Origin: Basidiobolus meristosporus CBS 931.73
Taxonomy: Eukaryota > Fungi > Basidiobolomycota
Assembly (NCBI GenBank): GCA_002104905.1
Contig: MCFE01000568.1
Span: 1 to 57,075, forward strand
DNA length: 57,075 bases
Direction of reading: 5' to 3'
This document shows, in pieces, positions 27,901-42,100 of this stretch. Within the stretch, counting starts at the first letter, position 1. Each line of letters starts with the position of its first letter. Under the pieces are notes generated by a model, which was not told the origin of the DNA, did not search any database, and saw nothing but the letters and a program-made list of their open reading frames with translations. Position numbers and translations under genes: made by a program.

Positions 27901-30900
27901 TGAGGACAGCACAGAGTATCGCTCGAACACATCAAGTACCGACTCAAATGCTGGTGGCTCAGTCACCTTCCCAGTTGTCAGCCGTGGTTGCCGCGTACTT
28001 CTCGTGGATGACAATGTGGACATGAGAAAGTATATCAAGTGCATCCTTGAGAAATGGTGGAGAGTGACTGAGGCGGAGGATGGGGAGCAGGCCTACCAGA
28101 TGGCAATTGCAGATCCGCCAGATCTGATTGTGAGCGATGTGATGATGCCCAACCTTGATGGATATGGTCTGCTGAAGCTACTTCGTACTCAGCCTCTCAC
28201 CAAATTCGTCCCATTGATACTGCTGAGTGCACAAGCTGGTGAGGAGGCACGGGTTGATGGACTAAGTGCCGGAGCGGACGACTACCTTGTGAAGCCATTC
28301 AGCGCCAAGGAGCTGGTTGCCAGAGTACATACTCATCTGGAACTCGGGAAGCTGCGGGTTGAGCTGGAGAGGATGGTGAAGGAGAGAACCAAGGAACTCA
28401 TTGCCAGCGAAGCCAGATACAAGACATTGACCAAACTTAGTCCGGTTGGGATATTCAGAACCGATCTCGAGGTAAGTGTTACCCCGTTAGAAAGGATCTG
28501 GGGCTTGCTACACCCTTTTACCCAAGCCTGTATGGTGATATCTGAACATATTGCTAACTTCGTGATTGATAATTGCAGGGGAATGTAACGTATACGAACG
28601 ACAAATGGTGGAGTATCTCGGGTCATAATCGGGAGTTGGATCCAACTGCTGCTGATTTTATGTGTAGTATTCACCCTGACGATTTTGAGTTTGTTAACCG
28701 AACTTGGAAAGAGGCGCAACGAACTCAAACCGGTTCTGCTGTTGAATTTAGATGGAAGTGGGCCAATGGCGATTCCCACTGGTGCTTTAGTATGTGATAT
28801 TATGGTTGTTTACTGAGCGCGAAGCATAGTTTATTAAGCTGTTTATATTTTCCAGGTGAAATGATTGTTGAATATGATAATGAGATGAGGCCATGTGGTT
28901 TCGTTGGTGCACTAACTGATCTAACTGAGCGCAAGATACTGGAACAAGAACGTCTTTCTGCCGTCAGACTTGCTGAACAGCAACAACGGCATCGCGCTGA
29001 AGAAGCTGAGGAGGTGAAGAGGCAGCAGGAACTGTACATCGATATGACTTGCCATGAACTGCGTAATCCTCTCAACGGAATCTACCACAGCGCAGACCTG
29101 CTGCATGAGTCACTGGAGAAAATGCAGAAGGAGGTTCGTCAGGAAAGCATAAGGAAAGTGGCCAACTGGCTGGAGAAAGAGATTGAGGATGATCTGGATG
29201 TCGTTGACACGATCACACTCTGTGCTCAACACCAAAAGGTACGGTCCTAATCCATAGGTGATGATGGTGATGGTGATGATGATGATGATGATAGCACTGG
29301 AATGAACAGCAGTATGCGAGATTGGGGACTAACGTGAATTCCATTTGTATGAACAGAAAATCGCGGACGATGTGTTGCACATGTCGAAGATCAATATGAA
29401 TCTGCTGGTACTGTCGAAGACCAAGCTACGTCCTATCGAAGTTGTCACGAATGTGATTCGAATGTTCGAGACCGAGGTGCGCCTAAAGGAGATAGATTTG
29501 AAGTTTGTTTTGGCTGAAGGGTACACTCGCATGAAGGTGGACTGGGTGAAAGGGGACCCTACACGGTTCACACAAATACTGTAGGTTGACATACCCAGCA
29601 GTGTGTGACAATGGGCTAACACCTTTTGCCTTGGTTCAATTTAGCATCAACTTTGTGACGAATGCGATTCGGTTCACGGAGAGAGTTCCATTTAGACAAG
29701 TAACAGTCACCCTCGATGCTGCTGACAAAGTGCCGTCACAACCAGCTGTTGGGACATTGCGCAATTCCACGATGGTGTCATCAGGTGTAGAAGATGTCAG
29801 TCAAAGCCCGAATAGTAACTCCGATAATGAGAGTGTATCACCTGTTACGGAACCCGACACAGTTGACTTTGGAATGGACTTTACTGAAAGTCAAGGAGGT
29901 GATGGACCAACAGCCGCACACCTAGACGGATTATACATCGCAGTTGCCATTAAGGATAGTGGTGTTGGAATGACAACCGATGAGCAGACGAACCTGTTCA
30001 AGCGGTTTGCCCAAGCCAACCCTCGAACATATGCCGAGTTTGGAGGAAGTGGGCTAGGGCTGTTTATTAGCAAGCGATTGGTGGAGCTGCATGATGGCAA
30101 GATCACTGTGAGATCGAAGAAAGGGGATGGTACAACCTTCACTTTCTACCTGAAGTGTGATCGAGTGGATGTCATTGAAGAGGGGATAGCTGAAGGATGT
30201 CCAGGGGCTGAGAGCAGCCCTGATCCAGTGGAGAAGATGTACACAGAGCCGCACAAGCCACCGGTAAACAGCCTACCGACCACTGAAGAGCAGAAGAGCA
30301 AGGCAAAGAAGAAAGCGACTACACTCAAAGCAAAGAAGAAAAGCTCGAAGGCTCGAGATGAGAAGGCGGAATGTTCAGTGTGGAGACGATCTGGTGAGAA
30401 GGGGAACAACCCCTTAACCTATTTGGAGAGTAAATGCAAGATTGGCAACACAAATGCAGCCACCATACCAAGCCACAGTGTTCTGGTTGTGGAGGACAAT
30501 CTTATCAATCAGCGAGTGCTCAAGCGACAACTGGAGCTAGCGGGATTCTCGGTTGGGGTGGCCAAACACGGTGCTGAAGCGTTAGAGGTGATGAGGAAGG
30601 TCGACTATCATCTGATTCTAATGGTAAGTCCTTCGCTTGACCTGCGAGAGGTTATTTCATTCTGGCAGTGATTGTTGACCGAATTGGGTGTCATTTGTGC
30701 AGGATCTTGAGATGCCAGTGATGGGTGGACTGGAATGTACCCAACGGATCCGCGAGATAGAGAAATCGACCGGAGAGCAACATGTTCCGATCATCGGAGT
30801 GTCGGGGAATGCGCGGGAAGAGTACAGACGCCTTGCCCTAGCATCAGGAATGACGGACTACGTTATCAAGCCATATGACAAGCAGGCACTCATTGACCTC

Positions 30901-30936
30901 ATCAATACATTTTTAGCCAGTGTGGGCCCTGTTTGA
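24983..30936 (+). CDS. Dual hybrid histidine kinase copy 3 (HK3), multi-exon
   Basis: Near-identical to HK2 over 25010-28474 and ~28920-30936, with a different PAS segment between. Confidence 0.93.
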
Positions 30937-31941
30937 ATTTTAGCTGCCATGTCGCATACAAATATTCAATACTAGATTGGCAATTTTGTGGCTAAATATA
31001 TATATTGTACGTGCCTGGTTTATTATAGTACACTGTGGCAAGCTGGTTTAAAATAGGCTACCCTTAGGCCTATCATAATAAGTGCACCCATTTATTTGAA
31101 ATCTCTAATCCATCATCTGTAACATCGTTTAACCAAATTTGTAGCATCCCAATTCGTACTTAATATATTAATTTTTCAACACCCCTGCGCTAACTTATAC
31201 AACGACACGATTAATCGATCATGATCCAGAATAGCCTGTTATAATTAATAAGGTGGATTTAGTTTTGTTGGATTGTGACGGCCAAGCTTAATGCCCATTT
31301 AATTCCAGAACTACTGATCCAATTCCTATGTTCTAGGTAGATGGTCATTGTGGAGAAATGCGGAGGCTAAGTCTAGTTAGCAGAAGCAAGGTTATGTCAC
31401 CTTTGCTGAATATCGAGTGAAACTGTTGACCGTTATGCTCAGGTGTGTCGGGGTACTGGGTCGCATTTTCGCCTTGATATGGTTTTTGGAATCGGGACTG
31501 GGCAGATTGGACTTGGTGTTTCAATTGTTCCAAATTGGAAACTCGGGATCATTATCAATCAGATACATTAAGCAAACCCTCCTAATTTTTTTGAGCCTAT
31601 CAGGGTGCGCTCTTCAGTATAACAAATGGCTACACTTATCGGAGTTCCCAAAATCTACGATAGTAGAATGAAGCTCGACCGAATCGGATTCTTGTGGTTC
31701 ACACTAAATTGTCAGTGGAATCAGCTATTACCCGAGAAAGAAATTCACCGAGTATTATTTAGTATTAGGGTTGTATAGGGTTGCAGGAATTCTTTTCCTC
31801 ACCCTACCTTAGTCGTGATAATTTCTGTAAGAAACAAACTCCTACTTTATTCTTACTTTCACTGGTACTCTTTAAGTAAGCCACTCGGTGACCAATAGTT
31901 TTATCAGCTTCTATTTCACAAAAGTTTCCGTCCGCTAAGCT

Positions 31942-34900
31942 ATGCTCAGTCTGGATGAAATGACCGATACAACTCCTCCATTACCTTGTAAATTTACTAT
32001 AGAAGATTACTTGAGTTGTCTAAGTAGCCCTGCATTGCTTCTACACTACTCTCCCTCACACAAAGAAACTATACCCCCTACCATAACCATACAGTATGCC
32101 AACGAACAATTACTCAATCTGTGTGGCGTAATGAATCTGAGTAAGATTTCCAACCAACTGAAAGAGAGCATTTTGCCGACAGATAAAGCACAGTTTCTCA
32201 GCTGGCTACGAAGAGTGAATTCCAACCAAGTCTCCGACAACGAAACTTTCACAATTCAAATAAACGACTTGCAAATCGACGCAACACACAAAGCAACATT
32301 TAGTAAAAAGAAGAATGAAATGTCGACGGAGGAGGTAGAGCTCAAGTGGAGCGGAGTCAGTATAAAGAACGAAGCGATAGTCTTGACAGGAACTGTTGTT
32401 ACTAGGGAGGGTCCAAGTAGTGCAGCAAGTGAGGTGGAAGATACCTCAGGTGAAAAGTCAACCGAAACAGAACACATGGAAGTCATCGAAAACGAAAGCG
32501 AGGTTGAGCAGGACGATTGGCAGAGCATACCCCAGGTAAGTTCCATGATAAGAAACTGGTAATGATTAGGCAGCCAAGCGTAGGGCGGATGACTAATCCT
32601 CGACCTTTGATCAAGCTCGCCAACATGCTGTCGGGTGGAGGTATCATGGGGGAGATGCTGCGCAACTACGACTGGAGCAGCTCACCGTTAGGGCCGGTCA
32701 CCAAGTGGCCCCAGTCCCTACTCACAGCGGTGTCATTGTGCATGGCGTCGACACTTCCTATGGCGGTGTGGTGGGGGCCACGGTTCACGATCATCTAGTA
32801 AGTAGAGGTCAACCACACACACATTGGCGCAGTGACTGTTGACCGAACATGAACAGTGCCGTTGCTGGATGCAAATGAATTGACCATATATTTCGCGTAG
32901 TAACGATGCCTACCAAGGCGTTGCAGGACAAAAGCACCCAAGCATGTTCGGAAAGGAAGGGCCAGTCCACTGGGCAGAGCTCTGGGACGATATAGGCCCG
33001 CTAGCGGATTTAGCAATGCAAGGAACGAACTCATATGTTGAAGACAACCTGCTATTCATGACCAGAAAAGGGTACCTCGAGGAGACTTATATCACGGTAA
33101 GCGAGCATGATGAGATTTAATTTACGGGTGGGCGAGAAGGAGGAGGAGGAGGAGGAGGAGAGAGTTGACGAGTGGTGCTAATCGAACTGGTTTTAGTGGT
33201 CATACATACCGATCAGACAGGAAGATGGCACAGTAGGCGGATTCCTCAATCCTTATATTGAGGTGACGGAGCGAATCCTTGCTGAACGGAGACTCAAAAC
33301 GCTCAAAGACATCAATGCAGACGCGGCAATGGCCAAGGATACAAGAGAAATGCTCAGTTCGATAGGGACAGTTCTATCGGAGAATCCATACGACATACCA
33401 TTTGCGGCGCTCTACACACACATTCTACCAGATGACGAGGAGATAGAAGAGTCCTACGATAGTGTGAGCAGTGCTACAACCAAGTCAGACACTCTACACC
33501 TGACCCAGACAATCGGAATACCAGAAGAGCATCCATCAATGTTCCCTGTGATTAGACTTGCACCATCATTCCAAACCAACACCCTTCAGGACGCAGTGAG
33601 ACTTGCGTATGAGAGCAAACAAAGCGTGAAGGTCGAGCTGGGTGAATGGTTTGGAGAGGTGCCGATTCGTGGATGGGATGCCGCCGCTACACAAGCAATA
33701 GTTAGTCCAATCATGGGAAGCAATAAGGATGGAGTCCTAGGGGTGATAGTGATGGGACTGAACCCCAGACGAGAATATGATGAAAACTACGAGTAAGTTG
33801 TGTATTGACAGTAGTTGTTATTGACGGGATAATGCGCATTCATCCACCCACATTCATTAATAATGTCACATTTGAGCTAACATGATTCCCACTTTGTAGG
33901 ACCTTTGTGGATCTAGTATGCAGACAAACCAGATCGGCCATCATCAATATCAGTGCATATGAGGAAGAGGTTAGGAGGTTCAAAGAGTTGGCGGCAATTG
34001 ATCGAGCCAAGACAGCATTCTTCAGCTCCGTCTCTCACGAGCTCCGCACGCCACTAACCTTGATCTTGGGACCAGTCAAAGATTTATTACTGGAAAAAGA
34101 TTTAGCAAAAGAAACCAGAGCCAAACTCACCTATATGCATCGCAATGCAGAACGGTTATTGCGACTAGTAAATCTCTTGATGGACTTCAGCAAAATCGAA
34201 GCAGGAAGGATGCAGGTAAGTGACAATTCGGGCTATAAAGTTGGGGTGGGTTGGATGGGTGAACTGTGTGAGTGAGTACTAACTTGGAAGCATGATCATG
34301 TTCTAGGCCACATTCCAAGAAACGAACCTGGGCAAGTTCACAGCCGACCTAGCAAGCATGTTCCGATCCGCGATCGAGAAAGGCGGAGTCCAGTTCGAGG
34401 TGGACTGCGAGAGGATGGAAAGGAATGTATGGGTTGACCGGGACATGTGGGAGAAGATCGTGTTCAACCTGATCGGGAATGCATTCAAATTCACGATGAA
34501 AGGGTCGATCACAGTGAAGTTGGCGTCATCTGAGGATGACAGCCATGCGATACTCTCGGTGGCAGACACCGGAGACGGGATCCCGAGTCATGAGATCATG
34601 CGAGTGTTTGAGCGGTTCCACCGAGTCGAGGGGCGAAGAGGACGCAGCCATGAAGGGACAGGAATTGGACTTGCGCTGACCCAGGAGCTTGCCAAGTTGC
34701 ATGGTGGCACAGTTGGAGTGACTAGTGAGTTTGGCAAAGGAAGGTGAGTGGGATTCAGCACTTTGAGTGCATGGCTCATTGAGTCAGCCGTGGACAGTTA
34801 TTCCGGGAAAGCTACTAACAGAGATTGCACCAATGTTATTTAGTGTATTTACTGTACACATCCCGTTCGGATGTAGCCATCTTCCTAAAGATCGATTGAT

Positions 34901-37900
34901 TACCGCATTGATGGAGCAGGTAGATGAGGCTGAAGTCGATATGCCAAGCAGATATGGTCGATCAATTGTGGATGAAGCTCGGCACTGGCTGCCACTGTCG
35001 GATGAGGACAGCACAGAGTATCGCTCGAACACATCAAGTACCGATTCAAATGCTGGTGGCTCAGTCACCTTCCCAGTTGTCAGCCGTGGTTGTCGGGTAC
35101 TGTTAGCGGATGACAATGTGGACATGAGAAAGTATATCAAGAGTGTGCTTGAGAAATGGTGGAGAGTGACCGAGGCGGAGGATGGAGAGCAGGCCTACCA
35201 GATGGCAATTGCAGATCCGCCAGATCTGATTGTGAGCGATGTGATGATGCCTAACCTTGATGGATATGGTCTGTTGAAGCTGCTTCGTACTCAGCCTCTC
35301 ACCAAGCTCATACCAGTGATACTGCTAAGCGCACAAGCTTGCGAGGAGGCACGGATCGACGGACTAAGTGCTGGAGCGGACGACTACCTTGTGAAGCCAT
35401 TCAGCGCCAAGGAGCTGGTTGCCAGAGTGCATACTCATCTGGAACTCGGGAAGCTGCGGGTTGAGCTGGAGAGGATGGTGAAGGAGAGAACCAAGGAACT
35501 CATTGCCAGCGAAGCCAGATACAAGACATTGACCAAACTCAGTCCGGTTGGGATATTCAGAACAGACTTGGAAGTAAGTGTTACCCCGTTAGAAAGGATC
35601 TGAGGCTTGCTCCACCTTTTTACCCAAGCCTGTATGGTGATATCTGAACATATTGCTAACTTCGTGATTGATAATTGCAGGGGAATGTAACGTATACGAA
35701 TGACAAATGGTGGAGTATCTCGGGTCATAATCGGGAGTTGGATCCAACTGCTGCTGATTTCCTGTCCAGCGTGCATCCTGATGATCGCGAACATGTCGAT
35801 CGAATTTGGAAAGAGGCACAACGTGCTCAAGTTAGTTCGGCTGTTGAGTTCAGATGGAAGTGGGCGAATGGTGAAACTCGCTGGTGCTTTAGTACGTGTA
35901 TACCATTTTGTATTTCGGGAGTAGGTTAAATCAAGAGCAATCTCACACAAATCGTATATTGCTAGATGAAATGATTTTGCAACATGATGATGAAATGAAG
36001 CCTTGTGGTTTTGTTGGTGCACTTACGGATCTCACTGAACGGAAGAGGTTGGAACAAGAACGCCTCTCTGCCGTCAGACTTGCTGAACAGCAACAACGGC
36101 ATCGCGCTGAAGAAGCTGAGGAGGTGAAGAGGCAGCAGGAACTGTACATCGATATGACTTGCCATGAACTGCGTAACCCTCTCAACGGAATCTACCACAG
36201 CGCAGACCTGCTGCACGAGTCACTGGAGAAAGTGCAGAAAGAGGTTCGCAAGGAAAGCATAAGGAAAGTGGCCAACTGGCTGGAGAAAGAGATTGAGGAT
36301 GATCTGGATGTCGTTGACACGATCACACTCTGTGCTCAACACCAAAAGGTACGGTTCTAATCCATAGGTGATGATGGTGATGGTGATGATGATGATGATG
36401 ATAGCACTGGAATGAACAGCAGTATGTGAGATTGGGGACTAACGTGAATTCCATTTGTATGAACAGAAAATCGCGGACGATGTGTTGCACATGTCGAAGA
36501 TCAACATGAATCTGCTGGTACTGTCGAAGACCAAGCTACGTCCTATCGAAGTTGTCACGAATGTGATGCGTATGTTTGAGACCGAAGTATGTCTGAAGGA
36601 GATAGATCTGAGGTTCGTCGTAGCTGAAGGGTACACTCGCATGGAGGTGGACTGGGTGAAAGGGGACCCTACACGGTTCACACAAATACTGTATGTTAAC
36701 AGACTCAACATCATATGACAACGGACTAAAATATTTTGCTTCCATTTATCTCAGCATCAACTTTATGACCAATGCGATTCGGTTCACGGAGAGAGTTCCA
36801 TTTAGACAAATAACCGTCACACTGGATGCATCTGACCGAGTTCCATCTGAGCTATTTATTGAATCACCAGGTATGAAGAAAGTGCCACAAATAGGTGAAC
36901 CGACTAGGGAAATTGGTACGGGCTGCACTACCAACCATCTACCCAAGAATCTAGCTGAATGTGAATCACCAGTAGTTGAATCCGATTCTGGGGACTGTGG
37001 GCAGGAGTATTTTGGAGCTGAAGGAAACAGACCAGCAGTCGCACACCCCGATGATTTATACATTGCAGTTGCCATTAAGGATAGTGGTGTTGGAATGACA
37101 ACCGATGAGCAGACGAACCTGTTCAAGCGGTTTGCCCAAGCCAACCCTCGAACATATGCCGAGTTTGGAGGAAGTGGGCTAGGGCTGTTTATTAGCAAGC
37201 GATTGGTGGAGCTGCATGATGGCAAGATCACTGTGAGATCGAAGAAAGGGGATGGTACAACCTTCACTTTCTACCTGAAGTGTGATCGAGTGGATGTCAT
37301 TGAAGAGGGGATAGCTGAAGGATGTCCAGGGGCTGAGAGCAGCCCTGATCCAGTGGAGAAGATGTACACAGAACCGCACAAGCCACCGGTAAACAGCCTA
37401 CCGACCACTGAAGAGCAGAAGAGCAAGGCAAAGAAGAAAGCGACTACACTCAAAGCAAAGAAGAAAAGCTCGAAGGCTCGAGATGAGAAGGCGGAATGTT
37501 CAGTGTGGAGACGATCTGGTGAGAAGGGGAACAACCCCTTAACCTATTTGGAGAGTAAATGCAAGATTGGCAACACAAATGCAGCCACCATACCAAGCCA
37601 CAGTGTTCTGGTTGTGGAGGACAATCTTATCAATCAGCGAGTGCTCAAGCGACAACTGGAGCTAGCGGGATTCTCGGTTGGGGTGGCCAAACACGGTGCT
37701 GAAGCGTTAGAGGTGATGAGGAAGGTCGACTATCATCTGATTCTAATGGTAAGTCCTTCGCTTGACCTGCGAGAGGTTATTTCATTCTGGCAGTGATTGT
37801 TGACCGAATTGGGTGTCATTTGTGCAGGATCTTGAGATGCCAGTGATGGGTGGACTGGAATGTACCCAACGGATCCGCGAGATAGAGAAATCGACCGGAG

Positions 37901-38061
37901 AGCAACATGTTCCGATCATCGGAGTGTCGGGGAATGCGCGGGAAGAGTACAGACGCCTTGCCCTAGCATCAGGAATGACGGACTACGTTATCAAGCCATA
38001 TGACAAGCAGGCACTCATTGACCTCATCAATACATTTTTAGCTAGTGTGGGCTCTGTTTGA
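31942..38061 (+). CDS. Dual hybrid histidine kinase copy 4 (HK4), multi-exon, with an extra intron at 33793-33899
   Basis: All H-box, N/G-box and REC motifs are present. Splicing gtaagt..tgtag at 33793-33899 restores NYE|TFV. Confidence 0.93.
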
Positions 38062-39153
38062 ATTGCATCTGCATTGTACCATGTAAATAACTAATAGTAG
38101 ATTGGCAACTTTTGGATATCAAATAAAATATAACCTTTGTAGGTATAAAGATCTTGTAAACTTGAAATTACGACTCCAGATCGCAGGAACCTTTCCAGGT
38201 GACTTGTTGATGCTATTCTTATGCTTGATCTTAATGGTTTGCTGGTTGTAATGGTGATATGAACCAACAACCATTAACCAAACCTGTATCTAATATGCTA
38301 CAAAGGTTTGTGTAGCATAGACGATGTGATCGATGACATAATCGTCTCCAAGATTCCCATGACGTAATCCACAATATATTTGTTCCTCCTTTTAAGCAAA
38401 TGGGGAAATTGGGTTAAAGAGGCTGATCCATTGATAAGAGGTTTTCCATGCCCATGTTGATATATATGTATATCTTGGTACCGTCTGTGCTTGCGATTCA
38501 GGTTTCGAAGTTGTTGTATCAAACCGTTGATGTTGTGAACAGGTATTATGCAGAGATTTGGGTAGTGTAGTCAGGCTGTTTGGCATATTCAGCTGCAAAC
38601 TCGCACTTCGTGGAGAGTAAGGGACAAGGTGGATGATCTGGTAGTGTAGAGGTAACAGACCATGTGGACCTTGCATGTTGGGATTGGTGATTCATTTAAA
38701 CCATTATGGCGTGATGATTGATAATGCTACGACGTGCATAGGATACTGAATTTACCCGATGTGCCAGTTTATTGCTCTTTTAAGAAGTATAGCAAATTAT
38801 TATTGTAGCTGCTGTTTCAGCTCATCAAGAATAATCTTTCAATCTGCGATCGCGGTGTCGGCCTCATCCAAATTGGGTACTGGTTCAAAATTGACAATAG
38901 GTTATCTATAACTCGAGGAGAAATTCGCCAAAAAGCATTCATATTCCACATTAAGGTTATTGTCTAATGGGCTTTAATGGATTCTCCTCCTCATCCAAAT
39001 TAACAATACTTGCACCTTTCTTAATTTAAATACTACTAACGTCTCTTGGCTTTTCCCGGTCTTCTCCAAGAGATAGGAATACCATATACTTTAGTGTCCG
39101 ATAGTAGTGACATCCTTTTTATTCAAAGCCTCTATCGGGGACTCTGCAAAACA

Positions 39154-42100
39154 ATGCTCAGTTTCGACATGATACCTGTTCCAACACACCCTTCACCTTG
39201 TACACTTACTTTAGAGGACTTCCTGAACTGTCTGAGAAGGCCTGCACTACTCCTGAAATACACGCCTTCCAAAACTGCAACTTTACCTTCTACTGTATCC
39301 ATACTGTATGCTAATGAATATTTCCTCAGCTTGTGTGGAACAAGGAATGTGTCGATAATATCCAACCAGCTGGAGCAATTGATTGCCCCAACAGATCAGG
39401 CTCCATTTCTCAGTTGGCTTCAAAAAGTGAGCTTAAACGAAGTCCGCGATGAAAACACTTGCACTATTCACATTTACAAAAATCAGCTTCACCCAGCATC
39501 CTACTCAAAAGGCAGCCAGAAAAATGAAACGAAGAGGGAGGAAGTGGAGCTGAGGTGGAATGGAGTCAGTATAAAGAACGAAGCGATAGTCTTGACAGGA
39601 ACTGTTGTTACTAGGGAGGGTCCAAGTAGTGCAGCAAGTGAGGTGGAAGATACCTCAGGTGAAAAGTCAACCGAAACAGAACACATGGAAGTCATCGAAA
39701 ACGAAAGCGAGGTTGAGCAGGACGATTGGCAGAGCATACCCCAGGTAGGTTCCATGATAAGAAACTGGTAATGATTAGGCAGCCAAGCGTAGGGCGGATG
39801 ACTAATCCTCGACCTTTGATCAAGCTCGCCAACATGCTGTCGGGTGGAGGTATCATGGGGGAGATGCTGCGCAACTACGACTGGAGCAGCTCACCGTTAG
39901 GGCCGGTCACCAAGTGGCCCCAGTCCCTTCTCACAGCGGTGTCATTGTGCATGGCGTCGACACTTCCTATGGCGGTGTGGTGGGGGCCACGGTTCACGAT
40001 CATCTAGTAAGTAGAGGTCAACCACACACACATTGGCGCAGTGACTGTTGACCGAACATGAACAATGCCGTTGCTGGATGCAAATGAATTGACCATATAT
40101 TTCGCGTAGTAACGATGCCTACCAAGGCGTTGCAGGACAAAAGCACCCAAGCATGTTTGGAAAGGAAGGGCCAGTCCACTGGGCAGAGCTCTGGGACGAT
40201 ATAGGCCCGCTAGCGGATTTAGCAATGCAAGGAACGAACTCATATGTTGAAGACAACCTGCTATTCATGACCAGAAAAGGGTACCTCGAGGAGACTTATA
40301 TCACGGTAAGCGAGCATGATGAGATTTAATTTACGGGTGGGCGAGAAGGAGGAGGAGGAGGAGGAGGAGGAGGAGAGAGTTGACGAGTGGTGCTAATCGA
40401 ACTGGTTTTAGTGGTCATACATACCGATCAGACAGGAAGATGGCACAGTAGGCGGATTCCTCAATCCTTACATTGAGGTGACGGAGCGAATCCTTGCTGA
40501 ACGGAGACTCAAAACGCTCAAAGACATCAATGCAGACGCGGCAATGGCCAAGGATACAAGAGAAATGCTCAGTTCGATAGGGACAGTTCTATCAGAGAAT
40601 CCATACGACATACCATTTGCGGCGCTCTACACACACATTCTACCAGACGACGAGGAGATAGAAGAGTCCTACGATAGTGTGAGCAGTGCTACAACCAAGT
40701 CAGACACTCTACACCTGACCCAGACAATCGGAATACCAGAAGAGCATCCATCAATGTTCCCTGTGATTAGACTTGCACCATCATTCCAAACCAACACCCT
40801 TCAGGACGCAGTGAGACTTGCGTATGAGAGCAAACAAAGCGTGAAGGTCGAGCTGGGTGAATGGTTTGGAGAGGTGCCGATTCGTGGATGGGATGCCGCC
40901 GCTACACAAGCAATAGTTAGTCCAATCATGGGAAGCAATAAGGATGGAGTCCTAGGAGTACTAGTAATGGGAATTAATGCCAGACGAGAATATGATGAAA
41001 ACTATGAGACGTTTGTTGAACTGGTTTGTCGGCAAACAGGGTCAGCCATCATCAATATCAGTGCATATGAAGAGGAGGTTAGGAGGTTCAAAGAGTTGGC
41101 GGCAATTGATCGAGCCAAGACAGCATTCTTCAGCTCCGTCTCTCACGAGCTCCGCACGCCACTAACCTTGATCTTGGGACCAGTCAAAGATTTATTACTG
41201 GAAAAAGATTTAGCAAAAGAAACCAGAGCCAAACTCACCTATATGCATCGCAATGCAGAACGGTTATTGCGACTAGTAAATCTCTTGATGGACTTCAGCA
41301 AAATCGAAGCAGGAAGGATGCAGGTAAGTGACAATTCGGGCTATAAAGTTGGGGTGGGTTGGATGGGTGAACTGTGTGAGTGAGTACTAACTTGGAAGCA
41401 TGATCATGTTCTAGGCCACATTCCAAGAAACGAACCTGGGCAAGTTCACAGCCGACCTAGCAAGCATGTTCCGATCCGCGATCGAGAAAGGCGGAGTCCA
41501 GTTCGAGGTGGACTGCGAGAGGATGGAAAGGAATGTATGGGTTGACCGGGACATGTGGGAGAAGATCGTGTTCAACCTGATCGGGAATGCATTCAAATTC
41601 ACGATGAAAGGGTCGATCACAGTGAAGTTGGCGTCATCTGAGGATGACAGCCATGCGATACTCTCGGTGGCAGACACCGGAGACGGGATCCCGAGTCACG
41701 AGATCATGCGAGTGTTTGAGCGGTTCCACCGAGTCGAGGGGCGAAGAGGACGCAGCCATGAAGGGACAGGAATTGGACTTGCGCTGACCCAGGAGCTTGC
41801 CAAGTTGCATGGTGGCACAGTTGGAGTGACTAGTGAGTTTGGCAAAGGAAGGTGAGTGGGATTCAGCACTTTGAGTGCATGGCTCATTGAGTCAGCCGTG
41901 GACAGTTATTCCGGGAAAGCTACTAACAGAGATTGCACCAATGTTATTTAGTGTATTTACTGTACACATCCCGTTCGGATGTAGCCATCTTCCTAAAGAT
42001 CGATTGATTACCGCATTGATGGAGCAGGTAGATGAGGCTGAAGTCGATATGCCAAGCAGATATGGTCGATCAATTGTGGATGAAGCTCGGCACTGGCTGC

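Noticed and set aside
33136-40376. (GGA)n tracts in an intron of HK4 (~33137-33160) and HK5 (~40346-40376) differing in length
   Set aside because: This is ordinary microsatellite slippage, useful only as a copy marker.
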